A DNA stretch of 32,000 bases from Nostoc punctiforme PCC 73102 (lineage in GTDB: Bacteria > Cyanobacteriota > Cyanobacteriia > Cyanobacteriales > Nostocaceae). This document shows, piece after piece, positions 7,601 through 16,861 of the stretch. Both the position numbers and the translations under genes were made by a program. Within the stretch, counting starts at the first letter, position 1. Each line of letters starts with the position of its first letter. The notes under the pieces are model-generated. The model was given only the letters and a program-made list of their open reading frames with translations, ran no database searches and had not been told where the DNA came from. The stretch is taken from the NCBI RefSeq assembly GCF_000020025.1, contig NC_010628.1, positions 660,001 through 692,000 of the forward strand, given 5' to 3'.

Positions 7601-10243
7601 ATGTCTTCAAATCCCCAGTACCTAAGCGGTAACGAAATTCGCAACACATTCCTCAACTTCTTTGCCCAACGGAGTCACCAAATCCTCCCAAGTGCGTCTC
7701 TCGTGCCAGAAGATCCAACCGTACTGCTGACGATCGCGGGGATGCTACCATTTAAGCCGATATTCTTGGGGCAGAGGACACCAGAATTTAAGCGGGCTAC
7801 GACTTCACAAAAGTGTATCCGTACCAACGACATCGAAAATGTCGGACGCACTAAACGGCATCACACCTTTTTTGAGATGCTGGGTAATTTCAGCTTTGGT
7901 GATTATTTTAAAGAACAAGCGATCGCTTGGGGCTGGGAAATCTCCACACAAGTCTTTGGCTTTTCTCCCCAAAATCTGGTTGTCAGCGTTTTTGAAGATG
8001 ATGATGAAGCCTTTGCTATCTGGCGCGATCAAATCGGTGTGCCGGTAGCCAGAATTAAACGCTTGGGCGAAGATGATAACTTTTGGGTATCTGGCCCGAC
8101 TGGCCCTTGTGGCCCTTGTTCAGAAATATATTACGACTTCCACCCAGAACGCGGTGACGAAAATATCGATTTAGAAGACGATTCCCGGTTCATCGAGTTT
8201 TACAACCTCGTGTTCATGCAATATAACCGAGATGTTTTAGGCAATTTAACGCCACTGCAAAACAAGAACATCGACACGGGTATGGGTTTGGAGAGAATGG
8301 CGCAAATCCTCCAAAAAGTGCCCAATAACTACGAAACTGACCTGATTTTCCCAATTATTCAAACAGCCGCTCAAATTGCTGGTATTGACTACCATAGCAG
8401 TGATGAAAAAACCAAAGTCTCCCTAAAAGTCATTGGCGATCACGTTCGTTCTGTTGTCCACATGATCGCTGATGAAATCCGTGCTTCTAACGTGGGAAGG
8501 GGTTATGTGCTGCGGCGATTGATTCGGCGTGTGGTGCGTCATGGGCGATTAATTGGGATTTCTGGCGAATTTACTACCCAAGTTGCCGAATCTGCGATCG
8601 CTCTTTCCGAATCAGCTTACCCCAATGTGCGCCAACGGGAAGCAGCAATAAAAGCTGAGTTGCAACGAGAAGAATCCAATTTCCTCAGAACTCTCGATAG
8701 AGGCGAAAAACTCTTAGAAGAAATTATCCAAGAGGTGAAACAGCAAGGAAGCACTCAAATTAGCGGTGAAAGTGCATTTACCCTTTATGACACCTACGGA
8801 TTTCCCCTCGAACTTACTCAAGAAGTTGCCGAAGAAAATAATCTCACAGTTGATGCTGAGGGATTTGAGGCACAAATGGAAATTCAAAAAGGACGTGGTA
8901 GAGATGCACATGAAACCATCGATTTAACTGTCCAAGGTTCCCTCGACAAGCTAGCAGAACACATCCAAGTCACCGAGTTTTTAGGCTACACCCAATCGGC
9001 GGCGACGGCAATAATCGAAGCGATTTTGCTAGAAGGTGTTTCTCAAGAAGAAGCAGAAGCGGGGACACAGGTACAAATAGTCCTTGATAAAACGCCATTT
9101 TATGCTGAATCTGGCGGACAAATCGGCGATCGCGGTTATATCTCTGGTGATGGTATTGTTGTTCGAGTGGAAGACGTTAAAAAAGAATCTGATTTCTTTG
9201 TTCACTTCGGACGCATCGAACGCGGTACACTGCGCGTAGGCGATCGCGTCACCGCCCAAATCGATCCGGCTTGTCGCCGTCGCGCCCAAGCTAACCATAC
9301 CGCAACGCACCTGTTGCAAGCGGCGTTGAAAAAAATTGTTGATGATGGCATATCTCAAGCTGGTTCCCTAGTTTCCTTTGATAGATTGCGCTTTGACTTC
9401 AACTGTCCCCGCGCTTTGACAGCAGAAGAAGTGCAACAAGTTGAAGAACAGGTGAACAGTTGGATTGCGGAAGCCCACGCTGCAAAGGTGGAAGTCTTAC
9501 CTTTAGCCGAGGCGAAAGCTAAGGGCGCTGTTGCCATGTTCGGCGAGAAATACGGCGATGAAGTTCGCGTGATTGACTTCCCTAACGTATCAATGGAACT
9601 CTGCGGTGGCACTCATGTCAGCAATACTGCCGAAATTGGCGTGTTTAAGATTATCTCGGAAGCTGGCGTGGCTTCTGGGGTGCGGCGCATTGAAGCTGTT
9701 TCGGGGCCAGCAATCCTAGATTATCTCAACCTGCGGGATAAAGTAGTTAAAGATTTGAGCGATCGCTTTAAAGTGAAACCCGAAGAATTACCAGACAGAA
9801 TTACAAGTCTGCAAAGCGAACTCAGAAATAGTCAGAAGGAATTGGAAACCTTGAAGGTACAATTAGCGATCGCTAAATCTGACAGCTTGCTACAAACAGC
9901 CGAAACTGTAGGCGATCATAAAATTATCGTTGCCCAATTAGAAAATGTCGATCCAGAATCATTGAAAACCGCAGCCGAACGCCTGTTACAAAAAATCGGT
10001 AACGGTGCAGTGGTGCTAGGTTCTGTTCCCGAAGCCGATAAAGTTAGCATAGTTGCAGCTTTTAGTCCAGAAGTTAACAAAAAAGGTTTACAGGCTGGTA
10101 AATTTGTTGGTGCGATCGCTAAAATCTGCGGTGGTGGTGGTGGTGGAAGACCGAACTTAGCCCAAGCTGGCGGACGCGATGCGAGTAAATTACCAGATGC
10201 GTTGGGACAAGCAGAAAGTGATTTAAAGTCCGCATTGGCTTAA
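7601..10243 (+). CDS. alaS: Alanine--tRNA ligase
   Basis: 880 aa. Class II AlaRS signatures: [18 protein letters not shown] and [18 protein letters not shown]. Editing-domain HxxxH ([12 protein letters not shown]) and CGGTHV. C-terminal [15 protein letters not shown] (DHHA1-type). Confidence 0.98.
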   Translation: MSSNPQYLSGNEIRNTFLNFFAQRSHQILPSASLVPEDPTVLLTIAGMLPFKPIFLGQRTPEFKRATTSQKCIRTNDIENVGRTKRHHTFFEMLGNFSFGDYFKEQAIAWGWEISTQVFGFSPQNLVVSVFEDDDEAFAIWRDQIGVPVARIKRLGEDDNFWVSGPTGPCGPCSEIYYDFHPERGDENIDLEDDSRFIEFYNLVFMQYNRDVLGNLTPLQNKNIDTGMGLERMAQILQKVPNNYETDLIFPIIQTAAQIAGIDYHSSDEKTKVSLKVIGDHVRSVVHMIADEIRASNVGRGYVLRRLIRRVVRHGRLIGISGEFTTQVAESAIALSESAYPNVRQREAAIKAELQREESNFLRTLDRGEKLLEEIIQEVKQQGSTQISGESAFTLYDTYGFPLELTQEVAEENNLTVDAEGFEAQMEIQKGRGRDAHETIDLTVQGSLDKLAEHIQVTEFLGYTQSAATAIIEAILLEGVSQEEAEAGTQVQIVLDKTPFYAESGGQIGDRGYISGDGIVVRVEDVKKESDFFVHFGRIERGTLRVGDRVTAQIDPACRRRAQANHTATHLLQAALKKIVDDGISQAGSLVSFDRLRFDFNCPRALTAEEVQQVEEQVNSWIAEAHAAKVEVLPLAEAKAKGAVAMFGEKYGDEVRVIDFPNVSMELCGGTHVSNTAEIGVFKIISEAGVASGVRRIEAVSGPAILDYLNLRDKVVKDLSDRFKVKPEELPDRITSLQSELRNSQKELETLKVQLAIAKSDSLLQTAETVGDHKIIVAQLENVDPESLKTAAERLLQKIGNGAVVLGSVPEADKVSIVAAFSPEVNKKGLQAGKFVGAIAKICGGGGGGRPNLAQAGGRDASKLPDALGQAESDLKSALA

Positions 10244-10326
10244 CCCACATCTGACAATCCCCAGTTCGTTGCTATGCTATTAGCTTTGGAGTTATATAGC
10301 AATACTAAATCATTCGTGAAAAATTA

Positions 10327-10357
10327 GATCCCCGACTTTTCAAATAAGTCGGGGATC
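10327..10357. terminator. 12-bp perfect palindromic hairpin, a possible terminator (the U-run is present only for minus-strand transcripts)
   Basis: GATCCCCGACTT (10327-10338) pairs with AAGTCGGGGATC (10346-10357), with a 7-nt loop. AAAAATTA lies upstream on the + strand, so the minus-strand RNA would end in a U-rich tract. It lies 84 nt after the alaS stop. Confidence 0.45.
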
Positions 10358-10380
10358 TGGACATAAATCTTTAAGCGGAC

Positions 10381-10538
10381 ATGATATAACTCAATACAGT
10401 TCAGTTAAGCATTTCTTTATTCTCTCAGTGCCCTCTGCGTCTCTGTGGTAGCCTGCGGCAAGCCGCTCCGCGTCTACGTAAAAAAAATTGACTTTGACAA
10501 AGAGTTTTAGCTTTAACTGAACCGTATTGTGATATGAC
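10381..10538. mobile_element. MITE-like non-autonomous element (~158 bp) with imperfect ~28-bp terminal inverted repeats
   Basis: The left end ATGATATAACTCAATACAGTTCAGTTAAGC matches the reverse complement of the right end, GTCATATCACAATACGGTTCAGTTAAAGC. The core CAATAC(A/G)GTTCAGTTA(A)AGC is nearly identical. The interior carries the GC-rich motif family seen in other intergenic gaps (GCGTCTCTG...CCGCGTCTACG). There is no ORF. Confidence 0.5.
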
Positions 10539-10554
10539 TGATAATTAATGATTA

Positions 10555-11223
10555 TTAGCTAGAAGTTTTTGGTAACGCGGCGGTAATTTGCCGGATCATC
10601 ATGACTTTCCAGTAAGGTATGGGAGCCAGTAATACAGTCCCAGTTCCCTCAAAAGTATTGACGAGAAATTCCCCAGAAGTCATCGAACCCAAAAGAGATT
10701 TGGTAGCTTTTTCAACGCGATAATTTAAAGTATTTGTGCGAGCGATCGCAAAATTTCCATCGACAACTAATCGGTCATTTTGTAAATTTATTACTTCTAC
10801 AGGGCCTTGTGCTGCCATTACCACTTTACCCCTACCTTTGACTTTTGTTTGAAACAAACCCTCGCCACCAATTAAGCCTGATACAAATTTGTTTCGTTCA
10901 ATTCCTACTTCTATACTGCCATCGCTAGCCCAATAAGCGCCAGTATCTAAAATCCATTCACTACCGTCTAATTCTAGAATGTGATATCCCGCTAAAGACG
11001 GCTCTAAATATAATTCACCCGTACCTGTATATGTAGGACGGAAAATGTTTTCTCCCGTGGCTAATGATTTTAAAAACCCACCTGCTGAAGGGGCTTTAGA
11101 TTGCATCTGAACGTTGCCACGAATATAGTACATAGCACCAGATTCAGTCCGTACTGTTTCGTTTTGCAAAGTGACCTTGACTAAACGTAAGCTTTCTTTT
11201 TCAATTATTTCAAAATGTGCCAT
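10555..11223 (-). CDS. AIM24 / DUF124 (TIGR00266-type) family protein
   Basis: The tracked ORF starts at a TTG (11247). The ATG at 11223 (MAHFEII...) has AGGA 5 nt upstream. Family-typical pattern: ESGAMYYIRG, GGEGLFQTKVKGRGKVVMAAQGPV, SGEFLVNTFEGTGTVLLAP. Confidence 0.8.
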   Translation of the reverse strand: MAHFEIIEKESLRLVKVTLQNETVRTESGAMYYIRGNVQMQSKAPSAGGFLKSLATGENIFRPTYTGTGELYLEPSLAGYHILELDGSEWILDTGAYWASDGSIEVGIERNKFVSGLIGGEGLFQTKVKGRGKVVMAAQGPVEVINLQNDRLVVDGNFAIARTNTLNYRVEKATKSLLGSMTSGEFLVNTFEGTGTVLLAPIPYWKVMMIRQITAALPKTSS

Positions 11224-11461
11224 AATTTTCCTGTTGGTTTTGCACAAATGTGTACTTAGCTGTTAGCCAGAATTTATATCCATTTTTGGCATCTATTTTT
11301 ACAAATGGCAAGTCAGAGGAATTTAATTCCTGTTTAATTTCATGTAAGTTAAATGAGTGATATTGTGTCCGCAATAAATTCTCAGACAAGCCTTTTGAAG
11401 GTAACTCGTAAAATATCTGCTTTCCTCTATGCACCTTAAAAGTGATTTATCGAACCACAGA

Positions 11462-11625
11462 GGCAAGGCAGCGCGGTCTTCTCCCAAAGGGAGAGGCTAA
11501 CGCCTTTCCTTCTCTACGAGAGGCTGCGCCAACGGAACGCTACGCGAACGCGGAGCGTCTCGTAGAGAAGGGGGTTTCCCCCATGAGCGACTGCCGCGCA
11601 GAGAACACAGAGAGAAGATGAATTA
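11462..11625. repeat. Composite GC-rich palindromic dispersed repeat (multi-hairpin)
   Basis: CCTTCTCTACGAGA (11518-11531) pairs with TCTCGTAGAGAAGG (11569-11582), a perfect 14-bp inverted repeat. Side hairpins are TCTCCCaaaGGGAGA and GGGGGtttCCCCC. It shares CCTTCTCT...GCGTTCGCG...CGTAG motifs with 15321-15398. Confidence 0.6.
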
Positions 11626-11670
11626 TTACCCAAAGATTTTATCCGCATTGAAAGGGGTAATTAATCGAAT

Positions 11671-11703
11671 AAAAAACTGTGCCTTAAACTGAAGTTTAAG
11701 GCA
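11671..11703 (-). terminator. Rho-independent terminator of the 502-aa histidine kinase gene
   Basis: TGCCTTAAAC (11680-11689) pairs with GTTTAAGGCA (11694-11703), with a 4-nt loop. A6 at 11671-11676 gives a U-run on the minus-strand RNA. It lies 72 nt downstream of the stop at 11775. Confidence 0.65.
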
Positions 11704-11774
11704 GATAGGGGTTTCTTTAAATTACGTTAATTTAGAGTGAATATTTATAATTTAAAAAAATAATTGATGAATAT

Positions 11775-13283
11775 TCATTCCCAAGTTTTAGCTCCAGATT
11801 TATGTTTACTGCTAACTTCTAAGGGAAGGAAAATCGTCAAAACTTCCCCATAGTGTGGACGCTGACGCACAATCAATTTACCGCCGATCGCTTGAAATAA
11901 ATGCTTGGTTGCAGCAATATTTAAACTAATCGTACCCGTTTCTGGTTGGAACATCAGCAATTGACCAAGGGCTTTGCGAATTGGTGGCGTTGCAGGTGTT
12001 GCGGCTTTACTGGAATCTTTGCACCCAAATTGCGGCGATAATTGTAACTTCAGTTGATCTCCAGCCGGAATAACTTGCACTTGAATATGGCTACCAGACG
12101 GTAAGCTGCGAGTGAAATTCTCTATCAAACCTGTGAGTACCTGATCGAGCATCATGGGATTACTTACCACAGTTGGTAGTTGCTGGGGTAAAACAACATT
12201 TAAAGTTAAGTTCCGGCGATGCGCTGCTTGTTCCCACCGGGGAATGCTCTGCTGCAACACTTGATCTAAAGACATCGGTGTGAGTTGAGTTTTTGCCGAT
12301 TTTGTAGAGGCAGTAGTTTCTAATTCAGCTGCCTTAAACAGCAACTCCATGCGATCAATTTGCTCAGTACACTCATGATCGATAATTTTTAAGCGATTGA
12401 TCACACTAGCATCTAAATCTCGCCGCTTCAGCAGCAGACGAGTCATGGTGCGAATAGTTGTTAAAGGTGTGCGGACTTCGTGAGCGAAGGCTTGGAGCAG
12501 TTCGACATCAGGATTTTGGGATTGGGGATTGGGTATCCCTTCGGCTCCGCTCAGGGCAAGTGAGGATTGGGTATGGGAGAAAACTCTTCTTCCCTGCTCC
12601 CCTGCTTCTTCCCCAGTCGCTATTGCCCACTCCCTAGTCTCTTCTGCTTCTGTTAATTCTTGAAGCAACAACTGGCTAAACTTAATCATGATGCGGCAAT
12701 CTGGCGCTACCGGAGAATATTGTTGTACTAATACATCCAGGCGGGCAAAAAATTCTGGATTAGCCAGCATTACTCTCGCACCTAGCGATCGCCAAGCTTG
12801 CTCTACTACTTCCGGCTCAAAAGAAAATGAAAAGGTTTTTTTACCGTTTTTGTGGGTTGCTAAAACCAGTACTAATCTAAATTTATCTGTAAAAACTAAG
12901 CAAAACTGCTCTGTCCCCAGAGGATCGGCAGGTAATAAGGGAAGTACCGATTCATGAGGAGCAATTTCTTCATCTATGGGTGCGATGACATCTGGCATCT
13001 GAAATGGCATCAGTGCCAAGGGATTAAATGGTTTTGCTGTGAAAGTTACTGTTTGTAAGTTTTGAGTCAGTTTTGGCTGACTGAATAAGGGTGCAGGTGC
13101 AGCTAAAACTAATCCTTGGGTTGTGTCAACTGAATTAGCTGCTAAAGTATTTAATAGCAAATGTTCAGTTGCTGCAAGGCTGACACGCCACTGCCGCTCT
13201 GCTTTACCAGGTGAACATTCAGCCACACTTGATTGATTTTGGGCCAAGATTTCGCTCAGACTTGGCAATATCCATTCGTACAC
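11775..13283 (-). CDS. Sensor histidine kinase-like protein with an intact H-box and a degenerate ATP-binding domain
   Basis: 502 aa. GTG start with AAGGGG 9 nt upstream. H-box FAHEVRTPLTTI and N-box-like LTGLIENFTRS. No DxGxG (G1) or GxGxGL (G2) motif is present (G2 position reads ETGTISLNIA). The N-terminal ~230 aa was not recognised. Confidence 0.75.
   Translation of the reverse strand: MYEWILPSLSEILAQNQSSVAECSPGKAERQWRVSLAATEHLLLNTLAANSVDTTQGLVLAAPAPLFSQPKLTQNLQTVTFTAKPFNPLALMPFQMPDVIAPIDEEIAPHESVLPLLPADPLGTEQFCLVFTDKFRLVLVLATHKNGKKTFSFSFEPEVVEQAWRSLGARVMLANPEFFARLDVLVQQYSPVAPDCRIMIKFSQLLLQELTEAEETREWAIATGEEAGEQGRRVFSHTQSSLALSGAEGIPNPQSQNPDVELLQAFAHEVRTPLTTIRTMTRLLLKRRDLDASVINRLKIIDHECTEQIDRMELLFKAAELETTASTKSAKTQLTPMSLDQVLQQSIPRWEQAAHRRNLTLNVVLPQQLPTVVSNPMMLDQVLTGLIENFTRSLPSGSHIQVQVIPAGDQLKLQLSPQFGCKDSSKAATPATPPIRKALGQLLMFQPETGTISLNIAATKHLFQAIGGKLIVRQRPHYGEVLTIFLPLEVSSKHKSGAKTWE
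12511..12580. repeat. Heptamer plus short-dispersed-repeat sequence lying in frame inside the kinase CDS
   Basis: GGATTTT GGGATTG GGGATTG GGTATCC is followed by CTTCGGCTCCGCTCAGGGCAAGTGAGG. On the coding strand this gives CCCAATC heptamers encoding ...SGAEGIPNPQSQNPD... The same motif types (GCTCAGTACAAG plus TTCCCAA heptamers) occur intergenically at 16411-16438. Confidence 0.5.
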
Positions 13284-13483
13284 AGGCTTTCACCCCTTAA
13301 TTCAAGAGCGACTAACAGTGTCTAAGGTAGACATTTCGCTACTACCTACGAGGTTATAACCATTTATGTACTGTTGAAAGTGGTAGAACCGAACAATTCG
13401 GGCGCAATTTCCCCTATGTAGCGATATCTACGACGGGCTATGCCTACGCAGTTATGGGCTGAAAAATACTCATACTTACCCTA

Positions 13484-15178
13484 TTATGCGATTGATGATT
13501 GTGCTAATTTCCCTGCTCGAATCGGGATTGCAATCACAAACTCTGCACCCTGTCCCGGTGATGAAATACATTCCAAAGATCCACCATGCTTTTCAGTAAT
13601 TATCTGGTAGCTGATCGATAATCCCATACCAGTCCCCTTACCAACTGCTTTCGTAGTGAAAAAAGGGTCAAATAAACGCGACTGAATTTCTTTTGGAATT
13701 CCCGATCCATTATCAGTAATCCGAATCACAGCATTTTCATTTACCTGTTCCGAAGAAATACGAATCAAGGGATTTGGACAAAGTTCTTTTTGGAAAGCCT
13801 CTTCTAAAGCATCGATTGCATTTGTCAAGAGGTTCATAAATACCTGATTCATTTGCCCCGCAAAACACTGAATTTTAGGCATTTCGCCATATTCTTTGAC
13901 CACTTGAATTTGAGGGCGATTATTTTGTGCCTTCAGCCGATGTTGCAAAATTAACAGGGTACTGTCTATTCCTTCATGCAAATCAGCCGTTTTAAATTCA
14001 GCTTTATCCAAGCGAGAGAAAATTCGTAGACTGAGAACAATTTCTCGGATGCGTTTAGCCCCCATTTTCATTGAGGTTAACATCTTAGGTAAATCTTCTA
14101 TTAGGTACTCAATATCGTTCAGTTGGTTAGCATTTTGAATTTCTGGCTCTGGATAGGGGTAGTGTTTTTGATAAAGCTTAATTAACAGCAACATCTGTTG
14201 AGTGTAATCATCAGTGTATTCGAGGTTGCCGTAGATAAAATTAACTGGATTGTTGATTTCATGGGCAACTCCCGCCACTAGTTGACCCAGGCTTGACATC
14301 TTTTCAGATTGAATTAATTGAATTTGGGTTTTTTGCAGTTCTTTTAAAGCTTGCTGAAGTTCCGCTTCTGCTTCTTGGCGTTCGGTAATTTCGTCTCGTA
14401 ATTGTTCATTGGCGTTGACCAATTCATTTCTAGAATATTGCAGATCGTCCGCCATTTTATTGAACGAGGTGGCTAACTCGCCAATCTCATCTTGGGAGCG
14501 AATACTAACTCTAGTATCTAGTTTACCTTCAGCCAGATTTACCACAGCTAGCTGGAGTTGTTTAATCGGTTTTGAGATGCTTTTAGAGAGCAGATAACCT
14601 GCTGCTAATGCAAATACACTACATCCCAGACTGATGAACAACGTAACAATAATATTCTTTTCGGCTGTTGCTAGTGCTGCTTTGTAAAGTGGGGTATATT
14701 CCAAAATTACTGCCCCAATTGTTTCACCCTTGTTAGTTTTAAAAGCAACAGCAATCAATTGAATCCCATTTGGGTATTCAGGACTGGACTCAACATAAGT
14801 TCTTGGTATACCATCTTGAATAGTTTTACCAACTTCATTATTGCGATCGCGATCTAATCGCGTACCGATATCTTCTGTAACCACATCTGCCAGAATGATT
14901 TTATTACGGTCTACAATTTCTAGATCGCGCTGACGTTGCTTGTGTAGCGATTGAACATGCTCTTGTAACTGGGCTAGCATTTCCTTACGCGATCGCAGTT
15001 CGTGGTATTCAAGCTCATGACTTACGAAATATCCCAGTAATCCAGCAACCTCTTCAGCCTCTTGTTGAGCAAGATACTTAGCTATCTTCAATTGTTGATG
15101 GGCACTAATCGCACCAACAATTACTGAGATGGTAGCCATTCCCAGAATACCCGAAATTAATTTTTGACTAATTTTCAT
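13484..15178 (-). CDS. Membrane sensor histidine kinase (extracytoplasmic sensor domain - HAMP - coiled coil - HisKA/HATPase)
   Basis: 564 aa with an ATG start. TM1 ISGILGMATISVIVGAI and TM2 IIVTLFISLGCSVFALAAGYLL. HAMP PIKQLQLAVVNLAEGKLDTRV...IGELATSFNKMADDL. H-box VAHEINNPVNFI, N-box FMNLLTNAIDAL, G1 DNGSGIP, G2 GTGMGLSI. Confidence 0.9.
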   Translation of the reverse strand: MKISQKLISGILGMATISVIVGAISAHQQLKIAKYLAQQEAEEVAGLLGYFVSHELEYHELRSRKEMLAQLQEHVQSLHKQRQRDLEIVDRNKIILADVVTEDIGTRLDRDRNNEVGKTIQDGIPRTYVESSPEYPNGIQLIAVAFKTNKGETIGAVILEYTPLYKAALATAEKNIIVTLFISLGCSVFALAAGYLLSKSISKPIKQLQLAVVNLAEGKLDTRVSIRSQDEIGELATSFNKMADDLQYSRNELVNANEQLRDEITERQEAEAELQQALKELQKTQIQLIQSEKMSSLGQLVAGVAHEINNPVNFIYGNLEYTDDYTQQMLLLIKLYQKHYPYPEPEIQNANQLNDIEYLIEDLPKMLTSMKMGAKRIREIVLSLRIFSRLDKAEFKTADLHEGIDSTLLILQHRLKAQNNRPQIQVVKEYGEMPKIQCFAGQMNQVFMNLLTNAIDALEEAFQKELCPNPLIRISSEQVNENAVIRITDNGSGIPKEIQSRLFDPFFTTKAVGKGTGMGLSISYQIITEKHGGSLECISSPGQGAEFVIAIPIRAGKLAQSSIA

Positions 15179-15320
15179 TCCTTGCTTGAAACCTCAAGTG
15201 CTTGCTACTGTTCTGATTCAGTTTTGGGGAATTTGCCCTGGTTTTAAAATTCCCAATTGTCAGCCTGAAAGCTACAGAATCAACAGCTATTAGCCAAATT
15301 TTTAATCTGAGTCTATTTTG

Positions 15321-15398
15321 GCGATACCTTCTCTGCGTTCGCGCAGCGTGTCGTAGACAGACGCTACGCGTAGCTTTCTTCCCCGCAGGGTAAGCTAA
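15321..15398. repeat. GC-rich dispersed repeat, same family as 11462-11625
   Basis: CCTTCTCTGCGTTCGCGCAGCGTGTCGTAGACAGACGCTACGCGTAGC. Compare the reverse complement of 11545-11582, CCTTCTCTACGAGACGCTCCGCGTTCGCGTAGCG. Confidence 0.55.
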
Positions 15399-15444
15399 CA
15401 CATTTTTTGAGTAGATTAAAAAGAGACTATCTCAAAGGCAATTT

Positions 15445-16266
15445 ATGACTTCTTTTGAAACTTCAGCTGAAGATTTGGTACTAGTTGCTGGTGCTACTGG
15501 TGGAGTAGGGCAACTAGTAGTAGGCAAACTCCTAGAAAAGGGTTTAAAAGTTCGCGTTCTGACACGCAATGCCCCAAAAGCCGAAGAAATGTTTAACCAA
15601 AGAGTGGAAATTGCCGTTGGTGACATCCGCCAGCCAGCTACACTCCCAGCTGCAACACAAGATGTCACCCACATCATCAGTTGTACTGGAACCACTGCCT
15701 TTCCTTCTGCGCGATGGGAGTTTGACCAACCCCAGAACTTGCTTGAATGGGGAATAACTTTCCTTAACCCCAAATCTAGCGAAGCAAAAGCAAAGAATAG
15801 TCCAGCCAAGGTTGATGCCCAAGGTGTCAGCAACCTAGTTACAGCAGCACCCCAGAATTTGAAGCGATTCGTTTTCGTCTCTTCTTGTGGAATTCTCCGT
15901 AAAGATCAGTTTCCTTTTAGTATTCTTAATGCTTTTGGCGTGTTGGATGCCAAACAAAAAGGTGAGGAGTCCATTATTAATTCAGGATTGCCCTACACCA
16001 TCATCCGCCCAGGACGCTTGATTGACGGTCCTTATACCTCATACGACCTCAACACACTGCTAAAGGCCAAAACAGATGGTAAATACGGTGTGGTTATAGG
16101 TACTGGGGATACACTTTCGGGTGATACCAGTCGGATTGATGTAGCAAACGCTTGCGTGGAATGCCTTTTTCAGCCAAGTAGTTCCAAGAAAATTTTTGAA
16201 ATAGTCAACCAGGGACAAAGACCACCTGTAATTGATTGGGAAGCTCTTTTCTCTAGACTTGAGTAA
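15445..16266 (+). CDS. NAD(P)-binding atypical SDR (NmrA/TIC62-like Rossmann protein)
   Basis: 273 aa with an ATG start. N-terminal dinucleotide-binding motif LVAGATGGVGQLVVGKLLEKG. The rest of the assignment rests on overall resemblance to the family (FVFVSSCG, PYTIIRPGRL). Confidence 0.8.
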   Translation: MTSFETSAEDLVLVAGATGGVGQLVVGKLLEKGLKVRVLTRNAPKAEEMFNQRVEIAVGDIRQPATLPAATQDVTHIISCTGTTAFPSARWEFDQPQNLLEWGITFLNPKSSEAKAKNSPAKVDAQGVSNLVTAAPQNLKRFVFVSSCGILRKDQFPFSILNAFGVLDAKQKGEESIINSGLPYTIIRPGRLIDGPYTSYDLNTLLKAKTDGKYGVVIGTGDTLSGDTSRIDVANACVECLFQPSSSKKIFEIVNQGQRPPVIDWEALFSRLE

Positions 16267-16323
16267 GTGCTGACTGCTGTACATAGATAGCGAAGCGTTT
16301 AGCCTGTGCTGAGTAATATTCTA

Positions 16324-16438
16324 TTTCCCATTCCCTATTCCCCATTCCCCATACTTCGGCTTCTCCTAACGGAGACGCTGCGCGTTAAGCGAAGCTATGC
16401 CGTAGGCTTTACGCTCAGTACAAGTTCCCAATTCCCAA
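16324..16438. repeat. STRR-like heptamer tract interrupted by GC-rich short dispersed repeat(s)
   Basis: TTTCCCA TTCCCTA TTCCCCA TTCCCCA (16324-16351), then ...CGGAGACGCTGCGCGTTAAGCGAAGCTATGCCGTAGGCTTTACGCTCAGTACAAG..., then TTCCCAA TTCCCAA (16425-16438). Confidence 0.65.
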
Positions 16439-16861
16439 TGACTTTATACGTAATTACGGAAGCATTCACGCCAATTAATCTTGTTCTATCCTCAGTGCTT
16501 CTGTAGTTTATTACCTCTAAAGACGGCAAACACCACTCGGACGTTACGGTTCACCCTAATTACTGAAAGTATTAATTCTCATACATTAGACAGAGTGAAG
16601 GCAAATCAATCCATGAACCAACTAAAAAAACTATTTAGTTAGTTTAACCGTCCTAAGCAAGGTTCGGGAAACCACCCTTCATGGACTGGCTACCACTAAG
16701 CTTCAGTATATATATCAGCATAGTCTGGAGTTTTAACCCCAGCAAAGCCAAATCAAAGGTATTCATGCTGAATTGGCTGATTTATTGACCCTGTTGGTTC
16801 AAAATTTAGTCCTTTATATTCTCATTCATTCATTTGTAGTTATACGGAGCCAGCACCTAAA

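Noticed and set aside
11210-11434. 74-aa ORF upstream of and overlapping the AIM24 gene start
   Set aside because: It has no recognisable motif, an AT-rich low-complexity reading, and it overlaps the better-supported AIM24 start with its RBS. It is probably 5' UTR or promoter sequence.
15168-16506. ORFs 15168..15401 (-), 15432..15833 (-) and 16306..16506 (+)
   Set aside because: The first and third are translations of dispersed GC-rich or heptamer repeats. The second is antisense to the SDR gene 15445..16266.
16655-16680. GGTTCGGGAAACC resembling a tRNA T-arm; a general search for tRNA, rRNA, tmRNA and RNase P signatures
   Set aside because: No acceptor or anticodon stems can be folded around it. 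No GGTTCGAATCC-type T-loop with cloverleaf context, no GAGGAAAGTCC (RNase P) and no rRNA-like segment was seen anywhere in the window.
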